From assembly GCA_050506795.1 (NCBI GenBank), contig JBJHCF010000011.1, positions 1 to 64,000 of the forward strand: a DNA stretch of 64,000 nucleotides. Reading direction: 5' to 3'. The position numbers and the translations under genes were made by a program. The first letter of the stretch is position 1. Each line of letters opens with the position of its first letter. This DNA comes from Opitutia bacterium (GTDB lineage Bacteria; Verrucomicrobiota; Verrucomicrobiia; Opitutales; T3Sed10-336). A model generated the notes under the pieces. It ran no database searches, had not been told where the DNA came from, and worked only from the letters and a program-made list of their open reading frames with translations. This document shows, one piece after another, positions 53,020 through 62,814 of this stretch.

Positions 53020-54420
53020 ATGTCACCAACTGTCGAATACACCGCGATTTCCTCCGCTCTCGAAAGCCAGGAATTGTTCGAGAACAAGACCTGGCGCCTT
53101 TCCCCGCGCGCCTACGCCTTGACTCCGGACGAGTTGGCGGAAATTGAAAAGATCGGTTCCGCCTGCCTCGAGTTTCATAAGGCGCTGGAAAATCTGTACC
53201 TGAAGTCGGTCGCGGACCGAAATATCCTGCGCAACCGGGAGCTCAAAGCCCCCTGGGTGGCGGAGTATCTGGAACGGGGCAAACCGGACAAGGTGGTCGC
53301 CTGGAACCGGGAGGCGGCTTTGCGTGGGGCCTTTCCTCCGGTGATTCGGCCGGATCTCATTGTTTCGGCCGAAGGGTTTTCGGTCACGGAGATGGACTCC
53401 GTGCCGGGCGGAATCGGTTTGACCGCATTTCTCAACCGCCTCTACGGCACGGCGGACCGGGAGATCGTCGGCCGGGGGGATCTGATGTTGAGCGGTTATT
53501 ATGACGCGCTCGCCCGCCTGACCCCGGATCGAAGTTCGCCCCTGGTGGCCATTGTTGTGAGCGAGGAGGCGGCGACTTATCGTCCCGAGATGCTCTGGCT
53601 GGCCGAGGAATTGCGGAAGCTGGGAAAGCGGGTCTACTGCGTTCGCCCGGAAGAGCTGTTTCCATTGGGCAGCGCCCTGAATTTGGATGTGGACGGCAGT
53701 CCGGAGAAGGTGGACGTGATCTACCGGTTCTTCGAATTGTACGATCTCGATAATATCCCCGGAATCGATTTCATGCTGGAGGCGGTGGAAGCGGGAGAGG
53801 TCGTGATTGCCCCGCCGTTGCGCACCTTTCAGGAGGAAAAGTTGGCTCTGGCGCTGTTCCACCACCACTTGCTGGAGGAGTATTGGAGGGAAAACCTGAG
53901 CCGTGCCGGTCGCCGCGTGTTGAGCGGGTTGATTCCGGATTCTTGGGTGGTGGACCCGGCGCCACTTCCCCCCGGCGCGGTGTTCGCCGGCCCCACGGTG
54001 GGAGGACGTCCCCTGGCCGACTGGCGTGACCTGGGCCGGGCATCACAAAAGGATCGGAACCTGATCCTCAAGATCAGCGGCTTTCACGAAACCGCCGAAG
54101 GCGCCCGCAGTGTGTTGTTGGGCAGCGATTGCTCGCGTGAGGAGTGGAGCGAGGGGATCGAGGAAGCCATCGCCCACAGCTCCAGCAATCCGTATATTAT
54201 TCAACGCTACCGCAAGCCGGTCCGCACCCGCCATCCGATTTACGCGGAAGGTGATCGGGTGGAGGAGCGCGAGGGGCGGACGAGGCTTTGTCCGTACTTC
54301 TTCAACCTCGGCGATCAGGTTCGACTGGGCGGAATCCTGGCGACGTTTTGCCCGGCCGATAAAAAAATTATCCACGGGATGACCGACGCCGCCCTGCTGC
54401 CTTGCCGGGTGGACTCGTAG
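53020..54420 (+). CDS. Glutathionylspermidine-synthase-like / circularly permuted ATP-grasp protein of unknown product
   Basis: IRPDL....SVTEMDSVPGGIG, DVIYRFFE, EEKL.LA, LILKISG, YIIQRY. Confidence 0.65.
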   Translation: MSPTVEYTAISSALESQELFENKTWRLSPRAYALTPDELAEIEKIGSACLEFHKALENLYLKSVADRNILRNRELKAPWVAEYLERGKPDKVVAWNREAALRGAFPPVIRPDLIVSAEGFSVTEMDSVPGGIGLTAFLNRLYGTADREIVGRGDLMLSGYYDALARLTPDRSSPLVAIVVSEEAATYRPEMLWLAEELRKLGKRVYCVRPEELFPLGSALNLDVDGSPEKVDVIYRFFELYDLDNIPGIDFMLEAVEAGEVVIAPPLRTFQEEKLALALFHHHLLEEYWRENLSRAGRRVLSGLIPDSWVVDPAPLPPGAVFAGPTVGGRPLADWRDLGRASQKDRNLILKISGFHETAEGARSVLLGSDCSREEWSEGIEEAIAHSSSNPYIIQRYRKPVRTRHPIYAEGDRVEEREGRTRLCPYFFNLGDQVRLGGILATFCPADKKIIHGMTDAALLPCRVDS

Positions 54421-54441
54421 CGGCGTGCTTTAGCCGCCGTT
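54416..54441 (+). repeat. GTAG-type REP element, copy 2
   Basis: CGTAGCGGCGTGCTTTAGCCGCCGTT; contains the stop codons of both flanking genes. Confidence 0.8.
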
Positions 54442-54972
54442 CCGGGTCGACCGCGGCCGATACTTCAACAGCAGCGCGTTGTCGCCCAGGGGTTCGTGGG
54501 AAAGCAACTCCATCTCGAGGTCGAATTCGCCCGGAGAAAACGGGGTGCCGTTTCCGAAGAGACGTGCTTCCAGCGTGATCCAAAGTTCGTCGACGCAGTC
54601 CGCTCGCAGGAAGAGGCTGTATATTTTTCCCCCTCCGAGAAGGGCGCAGGTGTGGTATTGGCGCGAATGGAGATTGTCCACCAGGTCCCGCGGGGCGGCC
54701 GAGGTGAATTCAAACGAACCGGGAACGGCGTCGCCGGCGTACTTTTCCGGGGTTCGGGTGAGGGCGACCCGGAGTTTGTCGGGCATCAGTTGGGTTCGCA
54801 TCCAATTTTTGGAGACCCGGTAGGTTTCACTGCCGAAAACGCAGCAGTCGAATTCCGGAAGAATCCGAAGCAGGTAGCGGCGGTCGGCTTCGGAGGTGAA
54901 GCGGCTGCCGGGTTCATTGTGGCGGGTAATAAACCCGTCGAGCGAAATGGCGGCCACCAGGATGACTTTCAT
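54430..54972 (-). CDS. Dihydrofolate reductase / RibD C-terminal family protein
   Basis: AAISLDGFI, FGSETY, LLGGGKIY, VDELWITLE.RLFGNG. Confidence 0.85.
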   Translation of the reverse strand: MKVILVAAISLDGFITRHNEPGSRFTSEADRRYLLRILPEFDCCVFGSETYRVSKNWMRTQLMPDKLRVALTRTPEKYAGDAVPGSFEFTSAAPRDLVDNLHSRQYHTCALLGGGKIYSLFLRADCVDELWITLEARLFGNGTPFSPGEFDLEMELLSHEPLGDNALLLKYRPRSTRNGG

Positions 54973-54986
54973 ACCGCCCAGAGGTT

Positions 54987-57900
54987 TCAGGATTCGTCGT
55001 CGGCAAGCAATACTTTCAGACGGAAAAAACGTCGCGGGCTTTCGGCGAGAGGGACGTTGTCGCGGACGACGACCCGCTCGAACCCGTTCTGCAGGTTGTC
55101 GATCGAATGGATCGACGCGGAATCCTCGCTCCAGGATCCGGGGGCCAGGGAATCGGAGACCTCGACCCGGTATTCAACGTCGTTCGGACCCATCGGGCGA
55201 ACAAAGGACAAAGCCGGATAGGTGATATCCGCGACTTCCACCTCCATCGGGCGTGGCGCTCCGGACGGCGGGCTCACGGTGGATGCGCCGGGCTCCATGC
55301 CCAAGGCGTACTTCAGAAGTTTGGGAAATCCGTCTCCACTGACGTTGCCGGTCGGACTGGACAGCTCTTCGTCGGCCGGTTCGCCTCCGAAATAGTAGGC
55401 GCTCCAGTTGGGAAACGTGTACGGCAGAAGCGTCACCTCCACCATTCCGGGAGTCGATGGGGACAATCCCGAGGATGGCGTGATCGTGAGGTTCATGGTG
55501 CGTTCGGAAGCGGGTTGTTGGGCGTTCGCCAGGGGGATCAATTGGAGGGAGACGGTATCCGAACCCTCCGGGATAACGATTTCGTCCTCCACCTCCGGGG
55601 AGAATAGATAGTGTTCACCAAGTGCCGCGTCTCCGGACAGAGAAAATCCCACGGCGCGATCGGCGCTGAGAATCCGGTCGGCGGTGAACTGAAGCGTGAC
55701 CGGAAATCCAGGACCCGCCAGGGTGGTTTCTTGATCCGCGGTGACCCTTACGGTGATGCTTTCCGCGGGGATTTCCAGCGGCAATTCCGTTACCGTAACC
55801 ACCCGTCCGTCATCCGCGACCACGGCAAGAACATACACTCCCGGTTCCGAAAACCGTGCCGTCACGGTGTCGTTCCACGGGTCGTCAAAGGTGACCTCTC
55901 CCGGGCCCGAGATCGTTTCCCATAGGAGTTGTGTCGGGTTTTCCGGGGTCGCTTGTAGGGAGGCGGTCAGGATATTTGGCTGCAGGACTTGTAACGGTTC
56001 CTCGAATTGCAGGGAGATCGTCGGCGACCGGTAGGCCAGGGCACTGATTTCCCCCGAGTCGAGAGTCCGCTGAAAAAACCGGACTTCGTCGATCAGCCCG
56101 TCCCAGGCGCGATCGAGGTCGGGGCTGTTTCCCAGCCAGGCGGGGGAGTCGCTGTCCTCCGGACGTGCTTCCGTGGTTTCGACCTGCCGGAAAACCGGAA
56201 CGGCATGGCCATCGATGTGGATCTCAGGATCGTTGCCTGCTGATGAGCCGTCGTAGCCGACCGCGATATGGTACCATTGATGGTCGTCGACACTCCCGGG
56301 TTCGGTGTACCAGACCCCCATGGTAGCGTCCTGGCGATGGGCCACGAATTTCACCGTGTTGTTGTTGGGCTCCTGTCCTGCGATGCGTCCCCAGAAAAGG
56401 GTGTGTTCCTCCGTTTCCAGGATTCGGGGCAGGGTGATGTCACTGTGTCCGCGGGAATCCGACTTCACCCAGGCGCTGAAGGTGACTTGTGCGACGCCGG
56501 GTGCGCTGACCGTGGCGCGGGAGTTATCTCCGTTAAATCGCAGCGCGTTGCCGAACAAACCGACGTCTCGGGTGGCCGATTCCAAGACGCCGTGGCGATC
56601 CTGACCCGAAAGGTCGATGATCTGCGGGCCATCTTCTTCGTCGAAGGTCCAGTGGGCCGCCAGGCCGTCACCGGGGCTTTCCGGCGACGGGCCGACGATA
56701 ACCGTTATGGGCTTCGAGTGATAGATCCGGTCGTCGTCCTGGTACTCAGCCCGCAAACGGTATTCGCCGGCGACGGGAAATCCCGCAAGCGCGGTGGTGT
56801 TTCCGGTGGATGAGAAGTCGACGGCAGCCGGACCGCTTATGGTTTCCCAGTCCAGGCGTTCCGGGGTCAGGATGACCGGATTGCCGGCTCGTTCGCCGCG
56901 GATTTCCAGGCGTAGTGCGGTGTCGCCGGCCGGCAGATTCAGGAATCCGGCGGCGGGAGAGTCCCAGAGCAGCGCGATCCGATCGGCCGTGCTCACCGCG
57001 AGACCGGCGTTCAGGCGACCGCCGGTAATGGTCCGCCCCTGCAGCGAAGGCAGGGGATCGACGGTGTTCAGGAGCGTCTCCTTGAGTTCGAGCATCGTCA
57101 GTTCGGGATTCACCGACGCCATCAGCCCCAGGACTCCGGAAACGAAGGGGGCCGCGAAGGAGGTGCCCGAAACCGTGGTGTAAACATTGTTGGCCGAGGT
57201 CGTGTAGATGCCTTCGCCCGGGGCGCCCAGGTGAACGATTTCGGAGCCGTAGTTGGAACTGCCGGTCAGGGAGTCGAAGGTGTTGGTCGAGGCGACGGCG
57301 ATGACGTTTTCAATATCGAAGGAAGCGGGAAAAAACCTGGAGCCGGTATCCATGTTGATGCCGCTGTTGCCGGCGGCGGCGACAAACAGTATCCCCGCTT
57401 CGGCGGAGCGAACCACGGCCGCCCGCAGCCCTTCCAGGTTGTCCAGCGAGGTCGCTCCATAGGAATTGTTGGTAACCACTACGGGAATTCCCTGGTTGAG
57501 GCGAAGGTCGGTGACGTAGTCCAGGCCACGTATAATGTTGCTGGTGGGAAAGCTGCTTTGTCCCACACGAATGGGAATGACGCTTCCGCGCCAGGAAACG
57601 CCGGCGATACCGGTGGCATTGTCGCCGACGGCGCCGATGATTCCGGAGACCCGGGTGCCGTGACTCTGGCTGTGCACGTCGTCGAAATTGTCGTCGCCAC
57701 TGGGCCTCAGGGTGCTGAAATTACGTCCCAGGTCATGCGCGATATTCGCCTGGAGGTCGACATGATAACGGTCGATTCCCGTGTCGAGGACGGCTACGTA
57801 AACCTCGGGTGAACCGGTTTCCACCTCCCAGGCACCGAAGGCGTCGATCGCTTGCAGGCCCCATTGCTGTCCCAACAGGGGATCATTGGGAATGCTGGCG

Positions 57901-58499
57901 GGGTAGAGAATATAGTCCGGTTCGGCGGTCAGGAACGGCAGGTTTTCCTTCAATTCATCGAGAATCGCCGGCACGGTACCGATATCGGCTTCCGGCGCCC
58001 GGAGAACCACCACCGGCGAAAAATCCAGCATTTCGGAAAGGGTGTAATCCCGGGCGAGGGCAAACTCCGCCAGGGCTTCGTAATCGTCTCTCGAATAGAC
58101 CGACAGCATTACCCGGTCTCCGACCATGGCCTGGCGTTGGGCTGATTCGCTTTGCCCGGTTTGCGGATCGGTTTCCCGGTGCTCCACCAGCCGTACCGGG
58201 AATCCTTCCGTGTCGTCGTGGGTCAGGACCACATGTTTTACCAGGGTATCGGACAGGGAAGTCGTTTCCGTGGCGATGGCTTCCGCTGCCAGGAGTCGAT
58301 TCCAGTGGTAGGTTTCAGTGGATGATGCCGCGGAATGGGTTTCCGTCTCGTCGATTGGAAACGCCGCGCTTGCGGTCTCCGCCCCCTGGGGCAAGTGAGC
58401 GACAGGCTCGGGATCCGGGCTGGTTCCGGGACCGAGGAAAAGCGCCAGGCAGGTCGCGCCCGCGATCAAACTCCATCCGATCAGGCTCCGATTTTTCAT
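54987..58499 (-). CDS. Secreted S8 subtilase with LamG, PKD-like and Calx-beta-like modules and a conserved C-terminal domain
   Basis: VAVLDTG, SHGTRVSG, AAGN, GTSFAAP; AHWTFDE...WYHIAV...GLIDEVRF (LamG); WETISGP repeats. Confidence 0.9.
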   Translation of the reverse strand: MKNRSLIGWSLIAGATCLALFLGPGTSPDPEPVAHLPQGAETASAAFPIDETETHSAASSTETYHWNRLLAAEAIATETTSLSDTLVKHVVLTHDDTEGFPVRLVEHRETDPQTGQSESAQRQAMVGDRVMLSVYSRDDYEALAEFALARDYTLSEMLDFSPVVVLRAPEADIGTVPAILDELKENLPFLTAEPDYILYPASIPNDPLLGQQWGLQAIDAFGAWEVETGSPEVYVAVLDTGIDRYHVDLQANIAHDLGRNFSTLRPSGDDNFDDVHSQSHGTRVSGIIGAVGDNATGIAGVSWRGSVIPIRVGQSSFPTSNIIRGLDYVTDLRLNQGIPVVVTNNSYGATSLDNLEGLRAAVVRSAEAGILFVAAAGNSGINMDTGSRFFPASFDIENVIAVASTNTFDSLTGSSNYGSEIVHLGAPGEGIYTTSANNVYTTVSGTSFAAPFVSGVLGLMASVNPELTMLELKETLLNTVDPLPSLQGRTITGGRLNAGLAVSTADRIALLWDSPAAGFLNLPAGDTALRLEIRGERAGNPVILTPERLDWETISGPAAVDFSSTGNTTALAGFPVAGEYRLRAEYQDDDRIYHSKPITVIVGPSPESPGDGLAAHWTFDEEDGPQIIDLSGQDRHGVLESATRDVGLFGNALRFNGDNSRATVSAPGVAQVTFSAWVKSDSRGHSDITLPRILETEEHTLFWGRIAGQEPNNNTVKFVAHRQDATMGVWYTEPGSVDDHQWYHIAVGYDGSSAGNDPEIHIDGHAVPVFRQVETTEARPEDSDSPAWLGNSPDLDRAWDGLIDEVRFFQRTLDSGEISALAYRSPTISLQFEEPLQVLQPNILTASLQATPENPTQLLWETISGPGEVTFDDPWNDTVTARFSEPGVYVLAVVADDGRVVTVTELPLEIPAESITVRVTADQETTLAGPGFPVTLQFTADRILSADRAVGFSLSGDAALGEHYLFSPEVEDEIVIPEGSDTVSLQLIPLANAQQPASERTMNLTITPSSGLSPSTPGMVEVTLLPYTFPNWSAYYFGGEPADEELSSPTGNVSGDGFPKLLKYALGMEPGASTVSPPSGAPRPMEVEVADITYPALSFVRPMGPNDVEYRVEVSDSLAPGSWSEDSASIHSIDNLQNGFERVVVRDNVPLAESPRRFFRLKVLLADDES

Positions 58500-58694
58500 C
58501 AGTGCATCACCCGCGTCCGGGCGCGGGTGTCAGTGCTGGAGGGTCGTGATGGATGTCGGCCGGCATAACAATGAGTGCGATCAAGTTACCCCTAATTGCT
58601 TTGGTTTCAACCACCATTTGCCATCTGATCGTCCCCCGGTTTCAAGGTTCGACTTGGAACCCGGCATGCGTTTGCCTGAGATGCAAAACCGTCC

Positions 58695-61577
58695 GTGAGT
58701 ATCCAAAACGAGATTCATATCAAGGGGGCCCGCGAGCATAACCTGAAGAACGTCGAGTTGCGTCTTCCCCGGGGAAAGCTGGTGGTCCTGACCGGGGTCA
58801 GTGGCTCGGGGAAGTCGTCCCTGGCTTTCGACACCCTTTATGCCGAGGGGTACCGCAAGTACATGGAAAGCCTCTCCACCCGCGCCCGCCAGATGCTGGA
58901 GCAGGTGCGCCGTCCGGATGTGGATTTCATTCACGGGTTGTCTCCGGTCGTGGCCATCGAGCAGCGGGAGGGCGGCAGTTCGCCCCGCAGCACGGTGGCC
59001 ACGGTGACCGAAATCGCCGATTACGCCCGATTGCTCTGGGCCTTGCGCGGGGAACAACGTTGCCCGAAAGACGGCGGAGCGGTGCGGCGTCACTCGCTGG
59101 ACGATTGTGTGGAGCGCCTTCTCGGGGAGCCGGAGGGCACCCGGCTGATCTTGCTGGCACCCTTTTTGGAGGCGCGTCCGGCGGTGTTGCGCGACGAAAT
59201 CGCCGGTCTTCGGCACCGCGGTTTCCAGCGTATCCGCATCGCGGGTGAAATCCGCTCGCTCGACGAACCCAAGCTGGTTCCCTCCGGGCGGGATCCCATC
59301 GCAGTGGAACTGGTGATCGATCGCATCGTTATCAAACCCGACCAGCGGGGACGCCTGGCCGACTCGCTGGAACTGGCGTTTCGCGAAGGGGGCGACCGGG
59401 CTCTGGCGCTGGTGCAACCGAAGTCGGGCGGCGCGTTTCGTGAGATTCCGCTCAATCGGCGCCTGGCCTGTGAGATTTGCGGTGATCGATTCGAGCCCCT
59501 GACCTCGCGCCATTTTTCCTTCAATCACACCGAGGGCCTTTGTCCGGAGTGCGGGGGAATGGGGCGCAGAATGTCTTTCTCCGATGAGCTCGTGGTGCCG
59601 GATCCTTCTAAATCGGTCAAGGAGGGCGCGATCAAACCCTGGCGACTGGGAGGGAAGAGTCTGATCATCCGCAACAACGCCATCCTCAAGCAGTTGGCGG
59701 AGCAACTGCCTTTTGATCCCCTGGTGCCCTGGAAAGACCTGCCGGAGGCCGTTCGAACCACCATTCTGCATGGCGCCGGAGAGCGCAGGTTCGTTTTCAA
59801 ACTGAGACGTTCCAAAAAGAAGAATCCCGACCCGACGCCTTTTGCGGGAGTGATTCCCATGCTGGAGAAAAGCCGCCGGGAAACCAAGAGCGACGGCTTT
59901 CGGGCCCGCCTGGGAGCCTGCATGGTGGCCGGGGAATGCCCGATCTGTCACGGCGGCAGGCTTAATCCCGCGTCCGCCGCGGTACGGCTCGAGGGGGTTT
60001 CCCTGCCCGAGTTTTATGCCTTGAGCCTGGAGGATGCCGCGGCCCGGGTGGAAACGTTTGCCGCCATCGCCCGCGAAAGCCGCGCCCTGGAGGAAGTCGT
60101 TACCGGCTTGCGCTTGCGTCTGGAGTTTCTCGGCCGGGTGGGGCTGGACTACCTGACCTTGAATCGTGAATACGCCACACTGAGCGGCGGCGAGGCGCAG
60201 AGAGTCCGGTTGGCGACGCAGTTGGGCATGGGGTTGGTGGGAGTGGTGTACATTCTCGACGAGCCGAGCATCGGGCTTCATCCGGTGGACAACGAACGCC
60301 TGCTGGCGTCCCTGATCGAGTTGCGCGATCGCGGCAACACGGTGCTGGTGGTGGAGCACGACGAGGAAACGCTCCGCCGGGCCGACCACCTGGTGGAGAT
60401 CGGTCCGGGCGCCGGACGGGAGGGCGGGGAAATTCTTTATGAAGGTCCCCCTGAGGGGTGTTATCGGCATGCCGGATCGCGGGCCGGACCCTACCTCTCC
60501 GGCGAATGGCACGTGTTGCGGGAGGCTGCGCGAAAGGCGCCCGAGGATCGCTGGCTCACCGTGAGGCAGGCGCGGGAGAACAATCTGCAGGGAGTCGACG
60601 CCGGTTTTCCGGTGGGTTTGTTCACCTGCGTCACCGGGGTGTCCGGTTCGGGGAAGAGCAGCCTGGTCAACGATGTCCTGGCGCGGGCCGCCGCCTTTCG
60701 CCTCAATCGTGCCAAGTCGATTCCGGGAAAACACGCGGGGGTCGAGGGTTGGGAGCATTTTGAAAGCATGGTCGAGGTCGACGCGGCGCCGATCGGACGC
60801 ACCCCGCGCTCCAATCCGGCCACCTACGTCAAGCTCTTCGATCTGCTGCGGGCCGTGTTCGCGCAATGCCCGTTGTCACGAGTGCGCGGATACGGTCCCG
60901 GCCGTTTCAGCTTCAATGTTCGGGGAGGGCGCTGTGAGCGATGCCAGGGCGACGGGGTGATCAAGCTCAATATGGAATTCCTGGCGGACGCCGAAGCGGT
61001 CTGTCCCAGCTGTCACGGCCGGCGGTACAACAGGGAGACCCTGGAGGTGCGATTCAAGGGGCACAACATCGCCGACGTGCTGGCCCTGACCGTGGGAGAG
61101 GCCATGGAGGTTTTTGGCAACCATCCACGGATCATGCAAAAACTCGACACCCTGGAAGCGGTGGGCCTGGGTTACCTGCAACTCGGACAGCCGGCGACCA
61201 CTCTCTCCGGGGGCGAAGCCCAGCGGATAAAGCTTTCGCTGGAACTGAGCCGGCGATCGCAGGGCAGAACCCTTTACATTCTCGACGAGCCGACCACCGG
61301 CCTGCATTGGGCGGACGTGCAGAAGCTGATGGACCTGCTTTTTCGCCTGCGTGACGCCGGGAATACGATTATTGTCATCGAGCACAACCAGGACGTGCAG
61401 AGTCTGGCCGATTGGATCATCGACCTTGGCCCCGGAGGCGGAACCCGGGGAGGACGCATCGTTTATTCCGGCCCGCCGGAGAAGATGGTCGGCGTTTCCG
61501 AATCGCGCACCGGGGAAGCGCTGGCGCGCAGGCAACAGGAGGCGTTCAAACGGAAGGAGCATGTCGGAAACCGATAG
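58695..61577 (+). CDS. uvrA: Excinuclease ABC subunit A
   Basis: [10 protein letters not shown], two GVSGSGKSS Walker A motifs, two LSGGEAQR signatures, Zn fingers, IIDLGPGGG. Confidence 0.97.
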   Translation: MSIQNEIHIKGAREHNLKNVELRLPRGKLVVLTGVSGSGKSSLAFDTLYAEGYRKYMESLSTRARQMLEQVRRPDVDFIHGLSPVVAIEQREGGSSPRSTVATVTEIADYARLLWALRGEQRCPKDGGAVRRHSLDDCVERLLGEPEGTRLILLAPFLEARPAVLRDEIAGLRHRGFQRIRIAGEIRSLDEPKLVPSGRDPIAVELVIDRIVIKPDQRGRLADSLELAFREGGDRALALVQPKSGGAFREIPLNRRLACEICGDRFEPLTSRHFSFNHTEGLCPECGGMGRRMSFSDELVVPDPSKSVKEGAIKPWRLGGKSLIIRNNAILKQLAEQLPFDPLVPWKDLPEAVRTTILHGAGERRFVFKLRRSKKKNPDPTPFAGVIPMLEKSRRETKSDGFRARLGACMVAGECPICHGGRLNPASAAVRLEGVSLPEFYALSLEDAAARVETFAAIARESRALEEVVTGLRLRLEFLGRVGLDYLTLNREYATLSGGEAQRVRLATQLGMGLVGVVYILDEPSIGLHPVDNERLLASLIELRDRGNTVLVVEHDEETLRRADHLVEIGPGAGREGGEILYEGPPEGCYRHAGSRAGPYLSGEWHVLREAARKAPEDRWLTVRQARENNLQGVDAGFPVGLFTCVTGVSGSGKSSLVNDVLARAAAFRLNRAKSIPGKHAGVEGWEHFESMVEVDAAPIGRTPRSNPATYVKLFDLLRAVFAQCPLSRVRGYGPGRFSFNVRGGRCERCQGDGVIKLNMEFLADAEAVCPSCHGRRYNRETLEVRFKGHNIADVLALTVGEAMEVFGNHPRIMQKLDTLEAVGLGYLQLGQPATTLSGGEAQRIKLSLELSRRSQGRTLYILDEPTTGLHWADVQKLMDLLFRLRDAGNTIIVIEHNQDVQSLADWIIDLGPGGGTRGGRIVYSGPPEKMVGVSESRTGEALARRQQEAFKRKEHVGNR

Positions 61578-62814
61578 CAATTCGCTCTTCACACCGCGGC
61601 TTTGTTTCCGCGTGGCCTGGGGATTCTTCGCCGTGGCGGCCGTGCTCGGTCTGTTGCTCCGCATGCAGTTGGTGTATCCGCTTTCCTGGGTTAATTACGG
61701 GAACTTCCTTCACGCCCATTCGCACGTGGCATTTCTGGGGTGGGTGTTCAACGCGTTCTTCGCCTTGGCGCTTCGCTTTTTTGTCCCCGGGGAACAGTGG
61801 AGATCCTATCTCCTGATCTTCCTGCTCACCCAGGTGGCGGTAGTGGGCATGCTGGTGACCTTTCCGATCCAGGGGTACGCCCGCGAGAGTATTGTGTTTT
61901 CCACCGCGCACATGGTGTGCGCCGCGATTATTGTGGTGCGGGTTTTGCGGGAAAATCGCGCCGGCCCCGCCGCCCGGCCCTACCTTTGGGCCGCGGCGGT
62001 GTTCATGATCGGTTCGGCGGCGGGCCCCTTGAGCCTGGGGCCGCTCATGGTCGCGGACCTGCGGAATTCCCCCTGGTACGACCTGGCGGTGGGGTATTAT
62101 CTGCATTTCCAGTACAACGGATGGTTTCTGTTTTTTCTTTTGGCCGTCGCGCTGCAACGATTGCACGAAAGCGGGGAAACCCGTTTTGTCCGTCCGGCGC
62201 TCCGGGCCTTTCCCTGGTTGGTGTCGGGGTGCGTGGCGACGGTGGTACTGGCCGCACTGCCGCTGCCGCCGCCGGGCTGGGTTTTTGCGGTCGCCGCCCT
62301 GGGCGGGGCTTTGCAGGCGACGGGGTGTTATTTCGGCTTCGGTGTGGTGAGGGAGGGCCGGAAACTGTTTCGGCCGGAGAGCGGGCGCTTCGTGCTCTGG
62401 CTGGCCGGTCTGGCCGGGGTGGCCTTTTTGGTTCGCACGGCGTTGCAGGCGCTGGCGGCCTGGCCGGGCCTGCTGAACCTGGCCACGAATCACTTTACCA
62501 TTATCGCCTTTATGCACCTGATTTTTCTGGCGATCGTGGCGCCTATGGTAATCGCCTGGGCGATTGATCAGGGGTGGCTTCGGTGGAACCTCGCGGGCCG
62601 GGTTGGGGTTGGGCTGTTTTTTGTTGCGGCGCTGACCAGCCAATCCGCGCTGGCTTATCTGCCGCTCGCGAGTCACCTGGGGTGGCCGACCTGGCCGGCC
62701 TTCAACGAAACGCAATTTATCAGCGCGTTGTTGATGTTCGCCGGAATCCTTACGGCCGGAATCGCGTCGGTGGTGAGTTGCGGAGTCAGTCGGTCGTCAC
62801 CTGCAGACGCATGA
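61561..62814 (+). CDS. Polytopic membrane protein with His motifs resembling the heme-copper oxidase subunit I / NnrS-like fold
   Basis: About 12 TM helices; [29 protein letters not shown]. Confidence 0.6.
   Translation: MSETDSNSLFTPRLCFRVAWGFFAVAAVLGLLLRMQLVYPLSWVNYGNFLHAHSHVAFLGWVFNAFFALALRFFVPGEQWRSYLLIFLLTQVAVVGMLVTFPIQGYARESIVFSTAHMVCAAIIVVRVLRENRAGPAARPYLWAAAVFMIGSAAGPLSLGPLMVADLRNSPWYDLAVGYYLHFQYNGWFLFFLLAVALQRLHESGETRFVRPALRAFPWLVSGCVATVVLAALPLPPPGWVFAVAALGGALQATGCYFGFGVVREGRKLFRPESGRFVLWLAGLAGVAFLVRTALQALAAWPGLLNLATNHFTIIAFMHLIFLAIVAPMVIAWAIDQGWLRWNLAGRVGVGLFFVAALTSQSALAYLPLASHLGWPTWPAFNETQFISALLMFAGILTAGIASVVSCGVSRSSPADA

Noticed and set aside
58625..58665. GGTTC-N6-GAACC upstream of uvrA as an SOS box
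   Set aside because: Spacing and ends do not fit the TGTTC-N4-GAACA LexA motif I recall for Verrucomicrobia.
62786..62814. 29-nt overlap of convergent genes
   Set aside because: Short tail-to-tail overlaps are common in compact GC-rich genomes.
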